A stretch of 33,368 bases of DNA from a virus. Lineage: Duplodnaviria; Caudoviricetes. Where the stretch lies: positions 1 to 33,368 of IMG/VR virus record IMGVR_UViG_3300032327_000744; one strand, 5' to 3'. Made by a program: the position numbers and the translations under genes. Positions within the stretch are counted from its first letter, which is position 1. Every line of letters begins with the position of its first letter. A model generated the notes under the pieces. It worked only from the letters and a program-made list of their open reading frames with translations, did not search any database and was not told the origin of the DNA. Shown piece by piece: positions 8,420 to 17,319 of this stretch.

Positions 8420-9867
8420 AAATAAAAGATATAGACATATTAAAATATATTATTTTAAATGAAGAAGAAAATAAAAAATCTACTTTTGAAGAAGACCCTA
8501 TGGGATTTATTTTAAAAAAGTATGCGTCTTTAAATTCTTTATTAGAAGAACTAATGACTCCATCATTTAAAGAATATTTAGATGGTATATATGTAATGGC
8601 GCCTAAACCCACAACATTTAGAGTAGTATTACATAATAAAAGATACTTTTTTTTAACATATTTAAAAAATGCTTATGAAGCTAGTATAGGAGGAAAAAGA
8701 TATTACTTATTAGAAATAGGAGAAAAAGAGAGGTGTATGTTAGCTATTTCTAAATTATTACAATATGGGGCTCCTTTAGTAACACAAGGTCCAGAAGGAG
8801 CAGAAGAAGGTACTAGATCAGAAGAGGAATCAGAAGAAGGAACTACAGGAGCAGAAGAAACTAGTTCTGAAGAAGAAACAACATCTCCTGGTGAAAAGCC
8901 ATTAACGGAAAGATTGATATTAGAATATCTCATAAAAGAGATATCAAATAATGATATAATAAATAAAATAATATCTAGTCAAGGATCAGATTTAAAATTA
9001 GATACCCATAGTGACCCAAAAAGAATAAAAAATATTACTAATATAAGTAATGATGAATTTAAAGAGACAATATCTAAATCATTAGAAGTAGATATAAACG
9101 ATATACAAGTTATAGGCCCTAAAACTGATGAAAATACAAGTTCAAAATTTTATAAATTTATTTTTCCATATAAAGGAACTATCAGAGATATAGTGTTAGC
9201 AGGCAATAAAATAGCAGGTGAAAAAATAGAAAAAATCCAATTAGAATATATTAATAATTTTATTGAAGATTTTGGTGAACCTATAGATATTATTGTAAGT
9301 GAAAATGATATAAATAATACTAATGCCACAATTTATAAAAATATTAAAGGAATAAGAAAAATACCAGGAAATAAACCCGCTGATTTTGAGTTTTTAGGTG
9401 ATAAATCTTTTTATATTCAACATAAAGATTATCCAGCAGCTCAACAATATTGTGGATTTTCTAAAATAATACAGCATGAAGAAGTTAGCAAATTTGTATC
9501 AGATGTAAAATTAATCACTACTAAATTTACGCCTAAAGAAAAATATACTAGAGCAATATTAGATCCTGTATTAAAACATCAAACAGTTTATGGAATAGGC
9601 GATACTTATGGAGAAAATAGAATAAAAGCTATTTATTTTGGGAATCTAGTATTAGAAAAAACTGAAAATAAAAATAATCCTAAAGAATTTAAATTAATAA
9701 GCAATCAATATTTTACAGATGAAACAATCCCTTTTGGAGAATATGAACCCCGCCTATTTGCTACATATAGACGTCATAATAATCAAATGGAAGTTCAATA
9801 TTGTAGATTTGGCGTTTATCCCAAAAAATTTTTACAAGCCACAATATTACCAGTAAAAAATGATTAA
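8416..9867 (+). CDS. Multi-domain hypothetical protein: N-terminal domain, acidic linker and a PD-(D/E)xK nuclease-like C-terminal region
   Basis: Acidic E/T/S linker at about aa 126-160, then LTERLILEYLIKE, then GEKIEK....KPADF.......IQHKD, resembling a restriction-endonuclease-fold active site. Confidence 0.5.
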   Translation: MKIKDIDILKYIILNEEENKKSTFEEDPMGFILKKYASLNSLLEELMTPSFKEYLDGIYVMAPKPTTFRVVLHNKRYFFLTYLKNAYEASIGGKRYYLLEIGEKERCMLAISKLLQYGAPLVTQGPEGAEEGTRSEEESEEGTTGAEETSSEEETTSPGEKPLTERLILEYLIKEISNNDIINKIISSQGSDLKLDTHSDPKRIKNITNISNDEFKETISKSLEVDINDIQVIGPKTDENTSSKFYKFIFPYKGTIRDIVLAGNKIAGEKIEKIQLEYINNFIEDFGEPIDIIVSENDINNTNATIYKNIKGIRKIPGNKPADFEFLGDKSFYIQHKDYPAAQQYCGFSKIIQHEEVSKFVSDVKLITTKFTPKEKYTRAILDPVLKHQTVYGIGDTYGENRIKAIYFGNLVLEKTENKNNPKEFKLISNQYFTDETIPFGEYEPRLFATYRRHNNQMEVQYCRFGVYPKKFLQATILPVKND

Positions 9868-10207
9868 AAAATATAGCCATACTATAAAGAAAGTATTATT
9901 TATTACAATTATATTTGTTATATTGTATTTTATTACTTGCAGAAGTGTAAATACAGCTACAATAGGTATAAATACTAAAATAGACAGTATAAACACTATA
10001 TCTAAAAATTTAGAAGTAAAACAAAAACAATTTGATAGTTTAATATTATTAGAAAATTTAAAAATAAATAAATTAGATAGTGAAATAGATGGAGTATCAA
10101 ATAAAACTATAATTATAAAAGAATATTACCATGAAAAAATTTCTGACATTAATAAGTATACTACTACTCAGCTTGACAGCTTTTTCTCAAAGCGCTACGG
10201 ATACTAG
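9860..10207 (+). CDS. Membrane-anchored coiled-coil protein; spanin-like lysis component
   Basis: Basic N-terminus, hydrophobic segment VLFITIIFVILYFITC and a coiled coil. It lies near the endolysin and overlaps the next ORF by 77 nt. Confidence 0.55.
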   Translation: MIKKYSHTIKKVLFITIIFVILYFITCRSVNTATIGINTKIDSINTISKNLEVKQKQFDSLILLENLKINKLDSEIDGVSNKTIIIKEYYHEKISDINKYTTTQLDSFFSKRYGY

Positions 10208-10541
10208 TACTATCCAGATACCATATTATGCTGCAAAAAATATAGCAAAAGATTTAATTAAATTAGATTCTTCTGTAGCTTTATTAAAATTAACTGAACA
10301 AAAATTAAATCTTACAGAATCTAAAGTAATAGTTAAAGATAGTATAATAAGAATTTTTTATATAAAAGAATCAAATTATATGTCTCAAATAAAATTAGAA
10401 CAATATAAAAATACTTTATATAAAGATCAATATAATATTTTACAAAAAGAAAATAGTAAAATAAAAACTAAAATAAAAATTAATAATATAATTGGAGGTT
10501 TAGCTTTTAGTATAGGTACTATAGTATATATTATTAAATAA
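10131..10541 (+). CDS. Secreted coiled-coil protein with a C-terminal membrane segment; spanin-like partner
   Basis: Signal peptide MKKFLTLISILLLSLTAFS-Q, coiled coil, and C-terminal hydrophobic IIGGLAFSIGTIVYII. Confidence 0.55.
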   Translation: MKKFLTLISILLLSLTAFSQSATDTSTIQIPYYAAKNIAKDLIKLDSSVALLKLTEQKLNLTESKVIVKDSIIRIFYIKESNYMSQIKLEQYKNTLYKDQYNILQKENSKIKTKIKINNIIGGLAFSIGTIVYIIK

Positions 10542-12142
10542 TGAGTGAATCAAAACAAGAAATTAGAGATAGGATAAAAGAAGAATTCATAAAGTGCGCA
10601 AAAGATCCTGTATACTTTATGAGAAAATATTATATGATACAGCATCCTGTAAAAAGTAGGATGCTTTTTGATTTATACCCATTTCAAGAAGCTGTATTAA
10701 GATTATATGAAAAAAATGAGTATTGTATAATAAATAAATCTAGGCAGTTAGGAATATCTACATTAGTCTCGGCATATTCACTATGGTTGATGCTATTTAA
10801 TAAAGATAAAAACGTTCTTGTAGTAGCAACAACCCAATCTACTGCTAAGAATATGGTTACTAAAGTTAGATTTGCTTATCAAAATTTACCTACTTGGTTA
10901 AAAATAGGAGATCTTGAAGATAATAGACTTAGTTTAAAGTTAGTTAATGGATCTCAAATTAAAGCAGTTTCTGCTGCAGGAGATTCAACTCGTTCAGAAT
11001 CAGTATCTTTACTTGTTATTGATGAAGCTGCATTTATTGATCGTATAGATGAGATTTTTACGGCCGCTCAACAAACTCTTGCTACAGGTGGTAGGTGTAT
11101 AGCGCTATCTACTCCTAATGGTATTGGTAATTGGTTTCATAAAACTTATACAAAAGGACAAAAAAAAGAAAATAAATTTATTCCTATATCTCTCCCTTGG
11201 ACAGTTCATCCTGAAAGAGATCAATCATGGAGAGATGCTCAAACAAAAGAATTAGGAGTAAGAAATGCTGCTCAAGAATGTGATTGTGATTTTGCAACAT
11301 CAGGTAATAGTGTAGTAGACCCAGAAATTCTTTCTTGGTTTGAGTTAAATACAGTCTGTGAACCAATAGAAAGAAGGGGAATTGATAAAAATTTATGGAT
11401 TTGGGAATATCCAGATCCCTTAAAAAGTTATATAGTTGTTGCTGACGTTGCTAGAGGCGATGGATCTGATTATTCTACATTCCATGTTATAGATACAGAA
11501 ACAATATACCAAGTTGCTGAATATAAAGCGCAAATAGATACTAGAGATTTTGCTAGAATATTATTAAGTATTTCTACAGAATATAATACAGCATTATTAA
11601 TTGTAGAAAATGCAAATATAGGTTGGGACGTAGTACAATCAATTATAGAATCTGGATATACAAATCTTTATTATGGATATAAAGCAGAATCTACTGGAGA
11701 TTTTGAAAAATATATGGATACTTTTGATCGTAATTCTGGATTAGTTCCCGGATTTAGTACTACACAAAAATCAAGACCTCTTATATTAGAAAGAATGAGA
11801 GATTTTGTAGAAAATAAAGTAGTTACAATAAGATCAATTAGATTATTAGAAGAATTAAGAGTGTTTGTTTGGAAAAATAATAAACAGCAAGCTATGCAAG
11901 GTTATAATGACGATCTAGTAATGAGTTTTGCTATTGGATTATACTTAAGAGATACATCTTTAAGATTTAAAAAAACAATGGATAGCTTAACGGCATCTGG
12001 TATAAATAACATATCTAAAACTAATCCGTCTAATTATGTAAATAATTATACAAGTAGAGATATTTATGCACAAAATCCTTGGAGTATGGAAATTCAAACA
12101 TCTAATGGAGCAGAACATCAAGACATTTCTTGGCTTATTTAA
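10541..12142 (+). CDS. terL: Terminase large subunit (T4 gp17-like)
   Basis: LYPFQ (Q motif), KSRQLGIST (Walker A), LLVIDEAAF (Walker B), STPNG (motif III), and nuclease motifs ADVARG.G.DYS and NDDLVMS. Confidence 0.96.
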   Translation: MSESKQEIRDRIKEEFIKCAKDPVYFMRKYYMIQHPVKSRMLFDLYPFQEAVLRLYEKNEYCIINKSRQLGISTLVSAYSLWLMLFNKDKNVLVVATTQSTAKNMVTKVRFAYQNLPTWLKIGDLEDNRLSLKLVNGSQIKAVSAAGDSTRSESVSLLVIDEAAFIDRIDEIFTAAQQTLATGGRCIALSTPNGIGNWFHKTYTKGQKKENKFIPISLPWTVHPERDQSWRDAQTKELGVRNAAQECDCDFATSGNSVVDPEILSWFELNTVCEPIERRGIDKNLWIWEYPDPLKSYIVVADVARGDGSDYSTFHVIDTETIYQVAEYKAQIDTRDFARILLSISTEYNTALLIVENANIGWDVVQSIIESGYTNLYYGYKAESTGDFEKYMDTFDRNSGLVPGFSTTQKSRPLILERMRDFVENKVVTIRSIRLLEELRVFVWKNNKQQAMQGYNDDLVMSFAIGLYLRDTSLRFKKTMDSLTASGINNISKTNPSNYVNNYTSRDIYAQNPWSMEIQTSNGAEHQDISWLI

Positions 12143-12158
12143 AATTTAAATAAAAAAT

Positions 12159-14090
12159 ATGGAGCAACAAAATAAAAAAACGCAAGAAAACCTATTTTCA
12201 GTTTTACGTAGACTATTTTCTACTGATGTTATTATTAGAAATCAAGGAGGAGATCAAATAAAAGTTATAGATACTCAAGCTATACAGACCTCAGGTGTAA
12301 TACAAACAAACAGTCTTATTGATAGATTTAATAAAGTATATACTACTTCTACCGCTTATGGAGTTAATCTTAATTTAGCGCAAAATTATCAATCCGCAAG
12401 AGTTCAAATATACGCAGATTATGATGCTATGGATACAGATGCTATTATTGCATCTGCTTTAGATATTTTATCTGATGAATGTACTTTAAAATCAGAACAA
12501 TCTGAAGTATTACAAATTAGATCTTCTGATGAAAATATACAAAAATTACTTTATAACTTATTTTATTCAGTATTAAATATTGAATTTAATTTATGGTCTT
12601 GGATAAGAAATATGTGTAAATATGGTGACTTTTATTTAAAATTAGAAGTAGCCGAAGATTTTGGAGTTTATAATGTAATACCATTTTCTGCGTATAATAT
12701 TGTAAGAGAAGAAGGATATAATAAAGAAAATATGAATGAGGTCAGATTTAGATTTGACCCTAATGCAGCAATAGTAGCTAATTCAGCATATTCTATGAAT
12801 AGCGCTAATAAAGGAGGCGTTTATTTTGATAATTATGAAATGGCGCATTTTAGATTAACAGGAGACGTTAATTATTTACCTTATGGAAGATCGTATTTAG
12901 AACCTGCTAGAAAATTATTTAAACAATATGTATTAATTGAAGATGCGATGTTAATACATAGAATTGTTAGAGCTCCCGAAAAAAGAGTTTTTTATGTAAA
13001 TATTGGAGCTATTCCTCCTGCAGAAGTAGAAAACTTTATGCAAAGGATGATAAATAAAATGAAAAAAACTCCTTTAATGGATCCTAGTACAGGACAATAT
13101 AATCTTAAGTATAATATGCAAAATATGCTTGAGGATATGTTCATACCGGTAAGAGGAAATGACCAATCTACTAGAATAGATACAGCAAAAGGATTAGAAT
13201 ATAATGGTATAGAAGATGTACAATATTTTAGAGAAAAATTATTTGCAGCTTTAAAAATACCAAAAGCTTTCATGGGTTATGAAAAAGATTTAACTGGAAA
13301 GGCTACTTTGGCAGCAGAAGATATTAGATTTGCTAGAACTGTAGAAAGAATTCAAAGAATTGTAGTTTCTGAATTAACTAAAATAGCATTAGTTCATTTA
13401 TATGCTCATGGATATACTGATTCTTCTGCAGCTAATTTTACATTATCTTTAACAAATCCGTCAATTATTTACGATCAAGAAAGAATTGCTTTATTTAAAG
13501 AAAAAATTGACTTAGCTAAAAATGCTATGGATGGCCAATTATTACCAAGAGATTATATCTATGATAAAATATTCCATTTCTCTGAAGATCAATATTCAGA
13601 ATTAGAAGATATGGTATTAGAAGATCAAAAAAGAGCATTTAGATATACTCAAATTAAAGAAGAAGGTAATGATCCATATGATACTGGAATTACTTTTGGA
13701 ACTCCGCATCAATTAGCGAGTTTATATGGAGGAAAAACAGGCCAACAAAGACTAGATCTAGATTTACCAGTAGGATATAATGAAAAAAATCCTGATGAAA
13801 TGCATCATAATCCAGGAAGACCTCATAAATATGCATCAATAAAAGGCACAGATAAAAGTGTTTTTGGTAGAGACTCTATGGGAAGTAAAGAATTGAAATC
13901 AAAAACTGAAACTGGTGAAGATGATATGAAATTAAATTTTAAAGGAGGTAGTCCATTAGCATTAGAAAGTACTATGCAAGAATTACTAAGAAATAAAAAT
14001 ATGCTATCAAAAATGAATACTAAAGGTAGAAAAACTAAGTTATATGAAAATCCTAATTTGCTAGATGAAAATAATATATTAGATATTTAA
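12159..14090 (+). CDS. Portal protein (T4 gp20-like) with a C-terminal extension
   Basis: EDAMLIHRIVRAPEKRVFYVNIG, EDMFIPVRG, YFREKLFAALKIPK and EDIRFART. It directly follows TerL. Confidence 0.95.
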   Translation: MEQQNKKTQENLFSVLRRLFSTDVIIRNQGGDQIKVIDTQAIQTSGVIQTNSLIDRFNKVYTTSTAYGVNLNLAQNYQSARVQIYADYDAMDTDAIIASALDILSDECTLKSEQSEVLQIRSSDENIQKLLYNLFYSVLNIEFNLWSWIRNMCKYGDFYLKLEVAEDFGVYNVIPFSAYNIVREEGYNKENMNEVRFRFDPNAAIVANSAYSMNSANKGGVYFDNYEMAHFRLTGDVNYLPYGRSYLEPARKLFKQYVLIEDAMLIHRIVRAPEKRVFYVNIGAIPPAEVENFMQRMINKMKKTPLMDPSTGQYNLKYNMQNMLEDMFIPVRGNDQSTRIDTAKGLEYNGIEDVQYFREKLFAALKIPKAFMGYEKDLTGKATLAAEDIRFARTVERIQRIVVSELTKIALVHLYAHGYTDSSAANFTLSLTNPSIIYDQERIALFKEKIDLAKNAMDGQLLPRDYIYDKIFHFSEDQYSELEDMVLEDQKRAFRYTQIKEEGNDPYDTGITFGTPHQLASLYGGKTGQQRLDLDLPVGYNEKNPDEMHHNPGRPHKYASIKGTDKSVFGRDSMGSKELKSKTETGEDDMKLNFKGGSPLALESTMQELLRNKNMLSKMNTKGRKTKLYENPNLLDENNILDI

Positions 14091-14106
14091 TAATACAGAT
14101 CTTAAT

Positions 14107-14114
14107 ATATTTAT
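14107..14114 (+). promoter_or_regulatory. ATATTTAT motif, candidate late promoter element
   Basis: Intergenic ATATTTATTA, 24 nt before ATG 14139. Confidence 0.5.
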
Positions 14115-14138
14115 TAATAGTACATTTATAATTAACTA

Positions 14139-14987
14139 ATGACAATAAAGCATAGCAAATATCGCAATACTGGTATTTTATTTGAATTATTAGTAAGACA
14201 AACTACTTCTGATTTATTAGAAAATAAAGATTCTAAAGCTGTAAAATTATTAAAAAAATATTTTAATAATACAGATCTAGGAAAAGAGTATTCTCTATAT
14301 ACTTCTTTTAATGTAAAAGATAAATTAAGTGAATCAAAGGCAGAAATGCTAATTTCTACTATCATTGATGAAAGAAAAAAATTAAATCAAGAAGTATTAA
14401 ATAAATTAAAATATAATTTAATTAAAGAAATTAAAAGTAATTATAATATAGATAATTTTTTTAAAGCAAAAATTAATAATTATAAAACTTATGCCTCTAT
14501 TTATAATATATTTGAATCAATATATAACAAGTCTATAAACACTAATTTTATTTTAAAAAATAAATTAACTTTATTAGAATGTGTTTGTACTAATAATAAT
14601 GATAATAAAAAATCTGATAGTATAATAGAGGATTTTGTAAAAGAAGATAAAGAAATAAGGATTTTAGCATATAAAATAATGGTAGAAAAGTTTAATGATA
14701 GATATAAAAACCTATCAGATAGACAAAAAAACGTGTTAAAAGAATATATTAATAATATTTCTGAGACTGAAAATCTAAAAGAATATATTAATAAAACAAT
14801 AAGTAATATAAAAATAGAGCTTGGTTTTTTAAAAGAGTCTATAGAAGATCAAGTAACAAAAATAAAACTGACTGAGACTATTAAATTAATAAAACCAATA
14901 AATAAAAATCAGTTTGTAAAAGACGAAACTATTGAGTCTGTTTTGCAATATATAGATTTAATTGAGCAAATAAAATTAATAAAATGA
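14139..14987 (+). CDS. Hypothetical head-morphogenesis-region protein
   Basis: 282-aa helical ORF (IKHSKYRNTGILFELLVRQ) between portal and protease. Confidence 0.6.
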   Translation: MTIKHSKYRNTGILFELLVRQTTSDLLENKDSKAVKLLKKYFNNTDLGKEYSLYTSFNVKDKLSESKAEMLISTIIDERKKLNQEVLNKLKYNLIKEIKSNYNIDNFFKAKINNYKTYASIYNIFESIYNKSINTNFILKNKLTLLECVCTNNNDNKKSDSIIEDFVKEDKEIRILAYKIMVEKFNDRYKNLSDRQKNVLKEYINNISETENLKEYINKTISNIKIELGFLKESIEDQVTKIKLTETIKLIKPINKNQFVKDETIESVLQYIDLIEQIKLIK

Positions 14988-15487
14988 AATCCTACAATAA
15001 TCAATTTGCTACACAAAAATTACGTGAAGAAGAAGAGGAATTAGAAGAAGAGTCCGTAACAGGAAGTGGTGAGGGATATTTACCTAAAGCAACTAAAGCA
15101 ACTACTAAAAAAAATGAAGATAAATATTCAGGATATAAAGAAATAAAAAACTTTAGACCTGGACATACTAAAGATAAAGGCGGGTTTCAATTTAAAGATC
15201 TTTGGGATGTTAATGAAGAAAAATTAGAAGAACTAGAAGAGAATTACTCTAGATTTAAAAATGAAACAAAGACAAGAAAAGCGCCAGAACAGTTTCATCA
15301 AGCAGTAAAAGAAGTAAAAAGAAAAGTTTTAGAAATTAATAAGATATTTGAGTATATGGATAGGTTAAAAGAAGAACTATCAGAACAAAATAATGGATTA
15401 AAATATAGAAAATACACAGAAAATGCTATATTTAATATAAAAGAATTGACTAGAGAGTTATATAAAAAATCTAAAAAATTAAAATAA
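14984..15487 (+). CDS. Hypothetical acidic/coiled-coil protein; candidate prohead core component
   Basis: LREEEEELEEE and LEELEE runs. Its position corresponds to the T4 gp67/gp68 core genes. Confidence 0.55.
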   Translation: MKSYNNQFATQKLREEEEELEEESVTGSGEGYLPKATKATTKKNEDKYSGYKEIKNFRPGHTKDKGGFQFKDLWDVNEEKLEELEENYSRFKNETKTRKAPEQFHQAVKEVKRKVLEINKIFEYMDRLKEELSEQNNGLKYRKYTENAIFNIKELTRELYKKSKKLK

Positions 15488-15496
15488 AAATACTGT

Positions 15497-16549
15497 ATGA
15501 ATATAACTAAATTATACGAGCAATTTAAACAAGGAACTGTGTCAAAAGATCATTTTATAAAAGAAGCTCGTAGGAACTTTTCACAATGGATTAGCCCAGT
15601 AACTTCGTTTAATGATGCAGTAACTATATTAAAAGGAAAAAGACTTATTAATGAAGCCCATCAATTAACTGTATACCAAATGATTGACAGGGTAAATCCT
15701 CATTTATTTAAAATAGGAATGGAAATAGAGTTAGCAAAACAACCTATATTTAATAATGAAGTTTTAGAAAAAACAAAAGCAAAAGTAGCAAAAAAATTAT
15801 TTAATGATCCTAAAGCATATAGTACTATTGATCCTAAAGTATCTAAGTATGATGCTAATATGCAAATGACATTTGTTAAAAAAGATAATTTTGTAGATGA
15901 AAATAATGGAATGAAAAAAGTAAAAGGTTTTAATGATCAAAAATCTAATACTAAAGATTCTACTAAAGAAAATAAAAAAGGAATGCCAAAAGGAGTGAAA
16001 GAATTTACTCAAACTCCAAAAAAACATAAAAAAGTAAAGGCTATGGAAACTCCTGGAAAACCTAAAACGTTAAAGGAGAATTTTGAACACATGGATGATC
16101 ATAATAATACTCAAGCTAAATTTCCTATAGGTATGAAAGTTGTAACTCCTATAGGTATTGGAGAAGTTACTAATGTGGTAAATGATACTGTATCAGTAGA
16201 ATTAAATCATGGAGAAGGATATAGAGATTTTCAAGCAAATACACTAAGACCTCAAGAATCTAGCTCTAAAGAAGAAAGAGATCTTGCATTTTCAAAATTA
16301 CCTAGTTTAGGAAGTGTTAAAGGAGATGATAGTGGTTTAGCTATGGGAAAAATAAAAAATTTATCTGAAAAAAAAGATAAAATAATTGGAAAACTAAAAG
16401 ATTTTTTAAAAAATAAAAAATTAAAAAAAGAAAATTCAGCGGTAAAAGATTCAGCCGGAAATATACAATATTTAAGTGATACAGAGGCAGGAAAAGTACA
16501 AAAAGATGCAGCTGTAAAAGGAATAAAATTAAATGTTCAAAAATTATAA
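15497..16549 (+). CDS. Hypothetical Lys-rich protein with a small SH3/KOW-like segment; candidate prohead core component
   Basis: 350 aa with several LxE/IxE motifs and an FPIGMKVVTPIGIGEVTNVVNDTVSVEL beta-rich module. Confidence 0.55.
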   Translation: MNITKLYEQFKQGTVSKDHFIKEARRNFSQWISPVTSFNDAVTILKGKRLINEAHQLTVYQMIDRVNPHLFKIGMEIELAKQPIFNNEVLEKTKAKVAKKLFNDPKAYSTIDPKVSKYDANMQMTFVKKDNFVDENNGMKKVKGFNDQKSNTKDSTKENKKGMPKGVKEFTQTPKKHKKVKAMETPGKPKTLKENFEHMDDHNNTQAKFPIGMKVVTPIGIGEVTNVVNDTVSVELNHGEGYRDFQANTLRPQESSSKEERDLAFSKLPSLGSVKGDDSGLAMGKIKNLSEKKDKIIGKLKDFLKNKKLKKENSAVKDSAGNIQYLSDTEAGKVQKDAAVKGIKLNVQKL

Positions 16550-17173
16550 ATGGAAAAACAACTTTTAATAGAATATTCTTTATTTAAACCTACTAGTACT
16601 ATAAATGAATCTTATGGTTCTAATAAAGGAAATATGATTGTATCAGGTTTAGTACAAGCTTGTGATAAACCAAATCAAAATAAAAGAATTTATCCATATA
16701 GAACTTTATCTGAACAAGTAGAAAAATATATTAATGGCCCAATAAGAGAGAATAGAGCCTTAGGAGAACTGGATCATCCAGAAAGTCAAGTAATTAATTT
16801 AAAAAATGTATCTCACAATATTAAAAGATTATATTGGAAAGGTAAAGATCTACATGGTGATATTGAAATTCTACCTACTCCTTCTGGAAATATTGTAAAA
16901 GAATTATTTAAAAATAATATTGTTATTGGTATTTCATCAAGAGCTATGGGAAGTACAACTCCTATAGGTGAAGGTTTAGTACAAGTAGAAGATGATTTAG
17001 ATTTAATTTGTTGGGATTTTGTATCAACTCCATCAACTTTTGGAGCATATATGACACCAACATCAGGAATTAATGAGTCTTATCAAAGAAAAATAGAAAA
17101 TAAATATTTTAAAATAAATAAAATAATGTCAGATATTATTTGTACACAATCAGGAGTTTGTTGTATAAAATAA
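16550..17173 (+). CDS. Prohead maturation protease (T4 gp21-like)
   Basis: N.NKRIYP, ALGELDHP (catalytic His), GISSRAMGS (catalytic Ser) and WDFVSTPS. Confidence 0.95.
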   Translation: MEKQLLIEYSLFKPTSTINESYGSNKGNMIVSGLVQACDKPNQNKRIYPYRTLSEQVEKYINGPIRENRALGELDHPESQVINLKNVSHNIKRLYWKGKDLHGDIEILPTPSGNIVKELFKNNIVIGISSRAMGSTTPIGEGLVQVEDDLDLICWDFVSTPSTFGAYMTPTSGINESYQRKIENKYFKINKIMSDIICTQSGVCCIK

Positions 17174-17209
17174 TTTTTTTTATTTTTTTTTAATTTACTA
17201 AAAAGTTGC

Positions 17210-17217
17210 ATATTTAT
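17210..17217 (+). promoter_or_regulatory. ATATTTAT motif, candidate late promoter for the scaffold and capsid genes
   Basis: Intergenic CATATTTATTA, 102 nt before ATG 17320, preceded by a long T tract. Confidence 0.5.
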
Positions 17218-17319
17218 TATCGATGCTGCAGTTATAATACTGAGCTATATACAATTATATTATATTGCTTTCTTACTTATACTAATCAATAAGCAATTAA
17301 AAAATCAAGTAAAAACATA

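Noticed and set aside
17174-17200. T tract after the protease gene as an intrinsic terminator
   Set aside because: No convincing GC-rich stem precedes it; it may be an upstream promoter element instead.
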